DNA of 64,000 bases from Methanomassiliicoccales archaeon (GTDB taxonomy: Archaea > Thermoplasmatota > Thermoplasmata > Methanomassiliicoccales > JAAEEP01), in the NCBI GenBank assembly GCA_035529155.1, contig DATKXF010000077.1, positions 9,131 to 73,130 of the forward strand, given 5' to 3'. This document shows positions 58,101 to 64,000 of this stretch, piece after piece (positions within the stretch are counted from its first letter, which is position 1; each line of letters starts with the position of its first letter). A model generated the notes under the pieces. It was given only the letters and a program-made list of their open reading frames with translations. It was not told the origin of the DNA and searched no databases. Position numbers and translations under genes: made by a program.

Positions 58101-58616
58101 ATCATAGCGGTAAGGTCACTGAACCTCATATTCGACAAGGGCTTCCCAACATCGGGTGAGAGCTATTCCTATTCGGTGAAGCTCGACAACCTGGGCAACA
58201 TCGAGGACACCTATCACATCACTGTGGCCAACGCCGAGCAGCTGGCTTCCCTGGGATGGACATACAGCTTCGCCAACACCACTGAACGTTGGATTGAGGT
58301 CACCGTGGATGCGGGCAAGCCGGCCTACTTCACAATGTCACTCACGCCCATCAGGAGCAATCCAGATCCCGATGTTGAGCTTGTCCTGTTCGCCAGGTCT
58401 AACTCGGAGGGCACGGTTCAGAAAGCTCTTCCAGTGATACTGAATCTGCCCCATGTGACCGTACCAGATCTCTCTGTCACCGGAACATCCGTGCACGACA
58501 GCGCGCCCACCATTCCACTGGGGACAATTGCCCTGGGAGGCGCGGCGCTTGTGCTGTTCGTGATAGTTGTGCTTCTCGGATATCAGAAGGGGGTATTCAG
58601 ACGAAGAAAACGCTGA
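52119..58616 (+). CDS. aglB: giant AglB/STT3 oligosaccharyltransferase fused to Ig-like repeat array and C-terminal membrane anchor
   Basis: N-terminal polytopic region has 'GGSDSYYHER', and WWDYG is at residues 600-604 (nt 53916-53930). Residues from about 905 hold at least 11 CarboxypepD_reg-like repeats and 2 CARDB-like modules. The terminal TM is 'IALGGAALVLFVIVVLLGY' followed by 'RRRKR'. A single uninterrupted 2,165-codon ORF. Confidence 0.85.
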   Translation: MARNRGARERPPSTNRQSMKAGFKPRFQRSWFGKNWHIIAILATILFIAFFVRTYFGYSISVDNGYLVSGGSDSYYHERVIDHVMNTGQHLVQDPMLNYPGGMRNARPPLYDWSVAVTGSLLNAFGLDSFDAMGFALVMSTAFWGTLTIIPVFLMGRAAFGNKAGLVAALLFAIMSGHIQRSVMSNADHDAMVLFFAVCSFYFLMLALMNVKGNKWVSKWGDTSSIRSGIRSYLGQNKISLLYAVLSGTMLAAVAMIWTGFAYLVVIVLVYLLVQVLVNRFRDIDSMGVVFTVGLMLLMGFAIMAPVYYQMNYWDTWFDIPFYMFMAGMIFGGYFVITRDYPWTLTIPVFMIVGGGALFVLSFTMPSLFEALITGQGYFVQSKLYSTISEAQPPDFSNLVLSFGILTFWLSFAGVIYAAMKVAKDTSPYLIFIVVWSGVSMFMAISAGRFMFNAAPAFAITAGWIAAIMIDWINFQDIPKTLSGTTGNPIQALRKAVKLRHVLGALFLAFLIIVPNVWFAMDAGIPSNSKEEYSQQVYDVMPNFLKPPDYDVVNGTSWYFGAFSYNIPLPTSYWPSAWSWFSERDSDIVPEAAKPAFLSWWDYGFEAVREGKHPTVADNFQNAYQFAGQFITCQNEDYAIAMLITRTLEETGVSDNQTIVAILESYDVDVDKVNDIMTNPSKYVKVVLDHPDIYGPYDSDLSAKNAEYSAMQVELAVIGSDNLIDLYHDLREQTGIDIGYFAIDGRLFPFTAFGYNIFYAPASLSDHRTDQFNQPYDFYQILAVDQYGETHTFENVTADMVIVDYTIEYKEMFYESMLYRTFMGYGPYDIGYTSQGIPGISGSLVNLPPMQGWNLTHFRMVYRTAYYNPYPTALVPDHPEAWRAVSWEEAVELKEKIDAGEIDGMVDMSAPTLASGVVFVQYYEGAIIEGTATTESGKPFANAWVTVLDDYGVPHHTVKTDENGHYSAIMPFGNVTIVYSYGDLDLRTQVAGELLMVNHNISYSQAMRAEVDADNDGVWDYHINGDVQIPSSSIDGTVFWDIDGDGKFNPTVDEPMTDAQVILNGTSIDFYEEQEVDSSGKYLFYSIPPMTADLYAYNKDRELGLTVQEIFPLADRTVDIPVRPNAINGTLVYETGEPASGVVVEMVDLISGEVTNRTTSEDGEFQFAKLLPGNYSLRLRNQAVSIGQQVFNLENGRNVDKTFTIYDSMHISGTVRLEGTITTNVLVGAISPTTEVWTTSDSTGKYSLLVPEGTYTIYSIAVKAGIEYAWIGATSGTGEVTVNPNLVKGKVITGTVYEGGVPSADTEIVFEERTSGASLALITNSSGGFRTVLPTGTYFMYSHTDSHAIWQDVYISSTKRMDVYLTEAVHLSGVVWTDSNGNELMGDQEGMEGATITVNDPDGREITSTSDPDGQYLVTLVPGNTYQVSFSFDGYQTVEREYKPLMKSVDEDIELVPENRTIQGSAFFDTTALDDIEVRFYAVGGGAVNASVMTDAHGLFSISLAPGQYLVQVDQNVTLGSNATRWQNYTTLTVVIGENPEPLDLDVVKRARVYGEIVPDRDVMTSITFDGPETKEINVDGTFDIYLIPGVYDIYAYSEKFNARYASLERMTLDQTSSPIVIITDRAYPLDGSLVFGDGPFLKATPVSISDTSGATLSIKTNNIGMFTTYLLPGMYAIEVNYSAVERIGLEQRYLRYTGYKEVDMLSGTEIDIELDRDYDNSTVSGMLLGTDGNPVAGSLTFTARSETSMNASATATMAGFDLEMAPGEYSVYAKQFDGPGAYLGVIEIEPYEPNLITIQLESGLRFSGKTIYSGAQGPASIQISGDGTVHLESGPDGSYEIFLPGGSYSVTCSAEAVEREMDVEYLSSFELELESSTSKTIELEKQVRLGVTVQWNEQEKATILPGEKAVYTITLVNNGNVKDTYELSTLFTSWDVEFSQEKVTVDFGSQNSAVVTATILTPADAKVEHAKVRILAQSTTQSSKSGSVDVDVNIIAVRSLNLIFDKGFPTSGESYSYSVKLDNLGNIEDTYHITVANAEQLASLGWTYSFANTTERWIEVTVDAGKPAYFTMSLTPIRSNPDPDVELVLFARSNSEGTVQKALPVILNLPHVTVPDLSVTGTSVHDSAPTIPLGTIALGGAALVLFVIVVLLGYQKGVFRRRKR

Positions 58617-58636
58617 TTTCACTACTGGCAATATCC

Positions 58637-59362
58637 ATGATCCTGCTGGTAGCCCTGGCTCCACAGGTCCAGGCGGAGTACTCTCCCATGTACATCTCCA
58701 TCGATGGGCCCATAGTCATGGGCAAGGGCGAGACCAAGATGTACAGGGTGGATGTGGCCGGCGGACCTTCAGAAGGGAAGGGCAACTACACCTATACCAC
58801 GAGCATACTGGGAACCACGGGAGGAGACGCCCACGTTCTGCCGACCGATGGCACCTCCAACGGAACATTCTTCCTGAACGTCACCGCCAAAGGCGAGATG
58901 CCCAGAATAGTCCTCTGGGTGAACGTTACCTCGTACTTCGGAGGTGAGGAGGAGAGGAAGGTCAAGGAGTTCGCGATCGAGGTCATTGCCCCCATAGTGA
59001 TCGCCGCGAAAGTGGTGAACAACGGGAACATATCCGTCAACGGGGTGCCAATGACGATCTTGGCTGACGGGAAGTCCATCTACTCCACGAGTGTGAGCCT
59101 GGATCCCGGTGCTTCCACCACCATACGGTACAACTGGACAGATCCTTCGGTATCCAGTGGTGAGCATGTCGTTAAGCTGGTGCTCGATCCTGACCAGGAG
59201 TTCATCACATTCGTGGGAGGGGGAACGGTTTATACCACCACCATATGGGTTGGTGAGGAGGACTGGGGCCTCTGGAACATACTGTTCGTGGTCCTGGCCA
59301 TATTCCTGGCCTTCATGGCCTATACCTTCTACAGAAGGCCGTCAAGGCGCCGCAAGAAATGA
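58637..59362 (+). CDS. membrane-anchored surface protein with CARDB-like domain
   Basis: Short signal-like N-terminus 'MILLVALAPQVQA'. 'VIAAKVVNNGNISVNG...DPGASTTIRYNWTD' is a CARDB-like pattern. C-terminal TM 'WNILFVVLAIFLAFMAYTF' is followed by 'RRPSRRRKK'. Six N-x-S/T sequons. Confidence 0.5.
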   Translation: MILLVALAPQVQAEYSPMYISIDGPIVMGKGETKMYRVDVAGGPSEGKGNYTYTTSILGTTGGDAHVLPTDGTSNGTFFLNVTAKGEMPRIVLWVNVTSYFGGEEERKVKEFAIEVIAPIVIAAKVVNNGNISVNGVPMTILADGKSIYSTSVSLDPGASTTIRYNWTDPSVSSGEHVVKLVLDPDQEFITFVGGGTVYTTTIWVGEEDWGLWNILFVVLAIFLAFMAYTFYRRPSRRRKK

Positions 59363-59376
59363 GAAACCTCTTCACG

Positions 59377-59407
59377 GGCGGGGTTCCCGCCAGTTTTGTT
59401 CCTTTTG
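59377..59407 (+). terminator. hairpin plus T-rich terminator
   Basis: GGCGGG-gtt-CCCGCC (6 bp) is followed by 'AGTTTTGTTCCTTTT'. Confidence 0.4.
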
Positions 59408-59498
59408 ATATTTCAATAATGCGATGCAGATCGTATACGGATGTAATCGATCGGTCTAATTAATTAAATAGGAAGTTGTGAATTGACACCTTGATATC

Positions 59499-59822
59499 AT
59501 GCCGGAGAATCTTATTGAGGTGACCGACGATAACTTCGAGGAACTCAGAGCCAAGTACGACAAACTGGTGATCGATTGTTGGGCAGAGTGGTGTGGGCCC
59601 TGCAAGATGATCAAACCCGCCGTGGAGGAGCTAGCGGAGACCTATCAGGATTCAATAGCCTTCGGTACCTTAGATGTGGACATGAATCCCAACACATCCA
59701 ACGAAATGGACATCATGGCCATACCCACCATCCTCTACTTCAAGGACGGTAAATTGGTCGATGAGACCGTTGGTGTGGTGCCCAAGCAGGCCATCGAGGA
59801 CGTCATCAAGCAGAAGCTCTAG
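59499..59822 (+). CDS. trxA: thioredoxin
   Basis: 'WAEWCGPCKMIKP' active site. Length is 107 aa. Confidence 0.9.
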   Translation: MPENLIEVTDDNFEELRAKYDKLVIDCWAEWCGPCKMIKPAVEELAETYQDSIAFGTLDVDMNPNTSNEMDIMAIPTILYFKDGKLVDETVGVVPKQAIEDVIKQKL

Positions 59823-60436
59823 AGTCTCTTCTGCAGCTCTTCGATCTTGTTCTCCAGCCTGCGCGAGCTCACCGCGAGGGTTATTTCCCCCCTTGTCTTC
59901 TCTACCAGAGAGCGGGCTATGTCCTGCTTCCTCCTGATGGCCACCAGTGCTTGAGGGTAGTCGAACCTCATTATTACCAGAAACATCTCCTCCATCATGT
60001 CCAGGTAGTTCACTGCATCCTCCACATCACCTTTCCTTAGGGCGATGAGCACGAAGCGCCTGATCTCCCCGATGGAGTCGGCCAACCCCATAAGGTAAGG
60101 GGCTGGCGGAACGCCTAGCTCGTAAGGGGTGGGTAAGAGCTCTTCCTTGAAAATGGAATGAACGATAGCTGCCTCGGTCAACTCCTGCAGCGCGTCGGAT
60201 ACCAGTCCTGAGGTCCAGATATCTGGGTGGACTTCCAGCAGACTCTTTAGCCTCGCCGCCTCTTCGAGGGCGGTTGCCAGCAGGTCAGAGGCATCCTCTC
60301 CCTTGTGTATGGAATGGACCGCGCCTCCGGAGAGCCGGATGATCGCCCTGGAGGATTTGATCGCTATCTCCCTCACAGTGTCCTTCTCGTCCAGCTCATC
60401 CTGGATGCTGATGGCTATCTCGTCCAGGTTTCTCAT
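59819..60436 (-). CDS. translin-family protein (COG2178-like), tentative
   Basis: All-helical 205 aa protein. 'PYLMGLADSIGEIRRFVL' resembles the translin family motif. Recognised from memory. Confidence 0.5.
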   Translation of the reverse strand: MRNLDEIAISIQDELDEKDTVREIAIKSSRAIIRLSGGAVHSIHKGEDASDLLATALEEAARLKSLLEVHPDIWTSGLVSDALQELTEAAIVHSIFKEELLPTPYELGVPPAPYLMGLADSIGEIRRFVLIALRKGDVEDAVNYLDMMEEMFLVIMRFDYPQALVAIRRKQDIARSLVEKTRGEITLAVSSRRLENKIEELQKRL

Positions 60437-60473
60437 GTTCTGGGGAAGAGTGGTCGAGGAATAAAGGCTTTCC

Positions 60474-61805
60474 CTAACCCCTTATCTCCTTCATGTGATC
60501 GATGCGCCTCTGGATGAGGTCTGGCTTTCCGATATCGTGACGTATAGCTATCGCCTCGCCCTTGATATGGGAAAGCCCTCTCTCGCAGGCCTCCTCTGCA
60601 TCTTCGATCGAATCCTCTACCCCCACGATCGCCAGGGATCTCGATGTGGTGGTTAGGACGTGGCCCTTCTCCTCGTTGACCGAGGCGTAGTAGAGCCAGA
60701 CGTCTTCTTTGCCGATAGCCTTCTCATCGACGGTTATGGGAAGCCCGGCCATTGACTTGGTGCCGTAGCCCTCCGGAACGACATACTTGCACACTGTCGC
60801 CTTCTTGGCGAATGCCGCCTTTGATCGAGAGAGAGTACCGTCCACTATGTGGCCGCAGATGTCCACGAAGTTGGAAGTGAGTATGGGAAGTACATTCATC
60901 GCCTCCGGATCACCGAAACGCGCGTTGAACTCTATCACTCTAGGACCTTTCCTTGTCAGCATGAACTGGCCGTACAGAAATCCCACGTAGGGGCAGCCCT
61001 CATCCGCCATCGCGGTCACGGTCTTGGCCATGATGTCCATGGCTCCCTCGTAATCCTCCCGGGTCATGAAGGGAAGGCTGTGGTCCGCCATTGAGTAGGA
61101 ACCCATTCCTCCAGTGTTCGGGCCTCTATCTCCCTCGTAGGCTCGCTTGTGATCCTGCACCGCGGGCATGGCCACCACGCTCTTTCCGTCGCAGAAGGCC
61201 TGCAGGGTGATTTCCTCCCCTTTCGCTCGTTCCTCGAGCACCACCGCGCCACCGCCAATGGATTTATCCAGTATCTCCTTCACGTACTCGAGAACGGCCT
61301 CCTTGGTCAGGAGGTGCTCCCCTTGAATCTTGACGCCCTTTCCCCCGGTGAGGCCCACCGGTTTCACAGCCACCTCGCCTTCGTAACCCATCACGAATTC
61401 CTTTGTCTCTTTGTAGGAGTCGAAGACCTCGAAGTCCAGGTTCCCTGGTATTGAGTGGTTCTTCATCAGATTCCGCATGAAGCTCTTGGAGGTCTCTAAT
61501 CTTGCGGCATCCTTCTTCGGAGCCACGCATCCTATCCCTTCCGCCTCCAGGGAATCGGCCAGCCCCATCTCTAGAGGGGCCTCTGGACCAATGACCGCCA
61601 TCTCCACTCCCGATCTGATCGCGAAGTCGGTGACCTTCCGAACGTCCGTCTCCTTGATGAGCTCGAATTCCTTTGAAGCCCTGGCAATGCCAGGGTTCCT
61701 GTTCTTCATGGCGGCGTATATCTCGGCACCTCCATCGTACAGGGCCCGAACGATGGCGTGCTCTCTTCCGCCCCCTCCTACAGCTAGAACTCTCATGATC
61801 CGCAC
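60474..61805 (-). CDS. purD: phosphoribosylamine--glycine ligase
   Basis: 'VLAVGGGGREHAI', an ATP-grasp core, and 'GPRVIEFNARFGDPE'. Confidence 0.9.
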   Translation of the reverse strand: MRIMRVLAVGGGGREHAIVRALYDGGAEIYAAMKNRNPGIARASKEFELIKETDVRKVTDFAIRSGVEMAVIGPEAPLEMGLADSLEAEGIGCVAPKKDAARLETSKSFMRNLMKNHSIPGNLDFEVFDSYKETKEFVMGYEGEVAVKPVGLTGGKGVKIQGEHLLTKEAVLEYVKEILDKSIGGGAVVLEERAKGEEITLQAFCDGKSVVAMPAVQDHKRAYEGDRGPNTGGMGSYSMADHSLPFMTREDYEGAMDIMAKTVTAMADEGCPYVGFLYGQFMLTRKGPRVIEFNARFGDPEAMNVLPILTSNFVDICGHIVDGTLSRSKAAFAKKATVCKYVVPEGYGTKSMAGLPITVDEKAIGKEDVWLYYASVNEEKGHVLTTTSRSLAIVGVEDSIEDAEEACERGLSHIKGEAIAIRHDIGKPDLIQRRIDHMKEIRG

Positions 61806-61880
61806 CTATTGAGAGAAGAAAGACTTACCCTCTAATAAAAATTGATACGGCTGGTCAATCGCTTTCTCGCGGAATTGCCA

Positions 61881-62531
61881 TCAAAGACCGAGTGCCGACA
61901 TCAATTCCTCTAGGCCTTCTCCGCTCTTGGTGCTTACCCTGAAAAGCGTCTCGCCGGCCTTGATGGCCCGAAGATCCCTCTCGAGTCTTCCCGCATCCAC
62001 ATCAAGATGCGGCAGGAGATCGACCTTATTCAGGACGGCAACGTCCGCGTTCAGGAAGATGAAGGGATGTTTTCTAATCATATCATCTCCTTCGGTGACG
62101 GACACCACAACCATCCTCTTGTCGGTTCCAAGAGGGAAATCGGCAGGGCAGACCAGATTGCCGACATTCTCTATGAACAGGAATTCGATCGAGTCAAGAT
62201 CAAGCTTCTCCAACCCGTGCTTGACCAGGTGAGCATCCAGGTGGCACTCCTTACCGGTGTTCACATTAACCGAAGGAATCCCGGCCGACTCCAATCGCTC
62301 ATAATCGTCCTGGCCGCTCACATCTCCAGCGATCGCTGCAGGTCTGAACCCCCTCTCCTTCATGATTCTCGACATCTTGATTATGAGCTCGGTCTTCCCT
62401 GCCCCTATTGAGCCAAGTACGTCCAGAGATCTGATGCCCTTGGACCGGAGCAGATCCAAGTTCTCCTGAGAAAGTCTCCTGTTCTCTTCAAGAACATCTA
62501 TCTCCATGGAGATGTCGGTTATCTTGTGCAC
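61881..62531 (-). CDS. hypB: hydrogenase nickel incorporation GTPase HypB (UreG-type not excluded)
   Basis: P-loop 'GSIGAGKTE', 'ENVGNLVCPA' and 'LNKVDLL' (G-domain motifs of the SIMIBI HypB/UreG class). Confidence 0.7.
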   Translation of the reverse strand: MHKITDISMEIDVLEENRRLSQENLDLLRSKGIRSLDVLGSIGAGKTELIIKMSRIMKERGFRPAAIAGDVSGQDDYERLESAGIPSVNVNTGKECHLDAHLVKHGLEKLDLDSIEFLFIENVGNLVCPADFPLGTDKRMVVVSVTEGDDMIRKHPFIFLNADVAVLNKVDLLPHLDVDAGRLERDLRAIKAGETLFRVSTKSGEGLEELMSALGL

Positions 62532-62846
62532 GACCCCGGACTAGCATTCCTTTAGTTAACTCTTGCTGTTCTACCCCCTCATTCCATGGCGTTTCCATCC
62601 CACCTGTGGTGATTTGATCCTGTCATCAGACAGTACCTTGACAATAGGACATTGCCCATCCTTCTTCCTTGGTTGCTTACATTCTTAAATCCAGCTGAGA
62701 AATGAGATTCAAATGCCAAGATCGAGATGAAAGCCAGTTTACTATCTGTATTACAGAATTGTTAAGTAAACCCTACCCGATATTTGTCAGGGACCTATTA
62801 CAGGTCCGGAGGGTAAGTTTCCGATATTTGATGGGGGTAAATAATT

Positions 62847-64000
62847 ATGAGTCTGACCTCTTATTCTGAACCTGAGTTCTCAATAACAAGGGTTCTTGGA
62901 AGGAGGGCCATCGTCTATTTGGGTATCCTGTTATTGGCGCTCGTCCTGCTACTCGTGGTGAACGCAGGAGAGGCAAGCGCAGCGGGACCGACCTACGTGT
63001 ATGACGATATCACATCCGATACCAATTGGACTGCTGACGATAGCCCTTACATAGTGAATCAATCTATTTCGATCCGACCAGGCGCGACCCTGACGATCGA
63101 GCCGAACGTGACTGTGATGTTCGACGATGGCGTCGGGCTCACGATCGGTGGAACCCTGGATGCCCTAGGCACCGCCGATGAGGAGATATTCTTCACATCC
63201 AATGGCTCAACTTCTTGGGGCGCTTGGAGCGGTCTTCTATTCAACGAGACGAGCACTGGATCCATGCTGGACCATGTCTACATCCAGTACGCATATTCAC
63301 CAGTGTACATAACTGAATCCAGCGTGACATTGTCCAACATTCGTATCTCTGATTACAACGGAGGGGGAGCCTTCAGCCCGTCTGGCATCTACTGGGAATC
63401 AGCGACCGATTCCATCACGGCGTCGATATCAAATGTCCAGATATGGAATGGCTCATACACTGGGATCATACTGTGGTCTGGGGAAGGCGACGTTGATCTC
63501 ACTCTGACCGATGTGACTGTTAGAGACATCACCTTTGGGTCCGGACTGGGCATTTCCGCGAATAACACGCTCCAGGTGAGCGTCAGCAATTTCACCACCA
63601 TAAACATGGGCTGGAGAGGGGTGGTCCTCCTTTGCGAAGAAGGAGCGATAGATGCTGACTTTACTAGCGTGGCCATGGACGGCTTGGCATCTGATGGATT
63701 CATGATGCTTTCCATGGGAGCGACGGCTGCCTTCGACGATGTCAGCGTCAACGACAGCGGTGGGTCTGGAGTGTGGGCAAACCTCGATTCCAACGACACC
63801 GGTATCGACCTTGCCTTCACGGATGTCACCCTCACCAACATCTCGAATTACGGCGTGTACATGAACTCTCCATCGAATGACATCTCGCTGGAGATGGTCA
63901 ATGTCGTGATGGAGAATATTGGATCGTCAGCCATTGGTGCTCTCTGTCATGAGGGAGCCTTCTCGGGAATAATGGACGAGGTCTCCATTGTCACAGCTGA
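62847..64000 (+). CDS. secreted/anchored right-handed beta-helix repeat surface protein (5' part; runs off the window)
   Basis: Hand translation from the ATG at 62847 found no stop through the stretches translated, up to 64000: MSLTSYSEPEFSITRVLGRRAIVYLGILLLALVLLLVVNAGEASAAGPTYVYDDITSDTNWTADDSPYIV... It has a signal/anchor helix, then repeated 'V.V.N..I.N....GI' turns and many N-x-S/T sequons. The track does not list it, presumably because it has no stop. Confidence 0.6.
   Translation, partial: MSLTSYSEPEFSITRVLGRRAIVYLGILLLALVLLLVVNAGEASAAGPTYVYDDITSDTNWTADDSPYIVNQSISIRPGATLTIEPNVTVMFDDGVGLTIGGTLDALGTADEEIFFTSNGSTSWGAWSGLLFNETSTGSMLDHVYIQYAYSPVYITESSVTLSNIRISDYNGGGAFSPSGIYWESATDSITASISNVQIWNGSYTGIILWSGEGDVDLTLTDVTVRDITFGSGLGISANNTLQVSVSNFTTINMGWRGVVLLCEEGAIDADFTSVAMDGLASDGFMMLSMGATAAFDDVSVNDSGGSGVWANLDSNDTGIDLAFTDVTLTNISNYGVYMNSPSNDISLEMVNVVMENIGSSAIGALCHEGAFSGIMDEVSIVTA

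Noticed and set aside
59819-59822. Convergent thioredoxin and translin-like genes share a palindromic CTAG that provides the TAG stop of both
   Set aside because: This is real but trivial. Such 4-bp convergent overlaps arise by chance at palindromic stop contexts and imply no special mechanism.

Overview
Archaeal chromosomal window, about 55% GC by eye and densely coding on both strands. It looks euryarchaeal and Thermoplasmata-like, an inference from an unsplit rpoB next to a split rpoA, FtsZ-based division genes and archaeal ribosomal protein clusters. Main loci: (i) a tightly coupled rpoH-rpoB-rpoA'-rpoA''-rpl30e-nusA operon (41.4-50.2 kb, 1-4 nt gene overlaps), which stops after nusA instead of continuing into rps12/rps7/EF-2. 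(ii) The secE-spt5-rpl11 / rpl1-rpl10-rpl12 stalk cluster (19.7-26.1 kb, minus strand), split between rpl11 and rpl1 by a 2.75 kb insert. (iii) Three FtsZ-family genes within 6 kb: two tandem near-identical copies, plus a third preceded by a ribbon-helix-helix gene. (iv) tbp, orc1/cdc6, priL, truA, a Fap7-like kinase, aEF-1beta, and housekeeping enzymes (RtcA, PurD, PyrF, AsnRS-like, malic enzyme, acyl-CoA dehydrogenase, P-type ATPase, CPA2 antiporter). (v) Two tRNAs: Gly-CCC, and Lys-UUU with two introns. Observations most worth follow-up: a 2,165-aa AglB/STT3 oligosaccharyltransferase carrying about 1,250 extra residues of Ig-like repeats and a second membrane anchor; an Spt5 with a roughly 145-165-aa N-terminal extension; direct repeats bracketing an acylating aldehyde dehydrogenase islet inside the ribosomal cluster; gene-conversion tracts between the tandem ftsZ copies; a covalently duplicated RHH (CdrS-like) gene upstream of the third ftsZ; and a 0.5 kb AT-rich island with repeated motifs and an ORB-like element. 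All functional calls rest on motif and family recognition by eye. No database searches were run. No CRISPR arrays or rRNA genes were seen.
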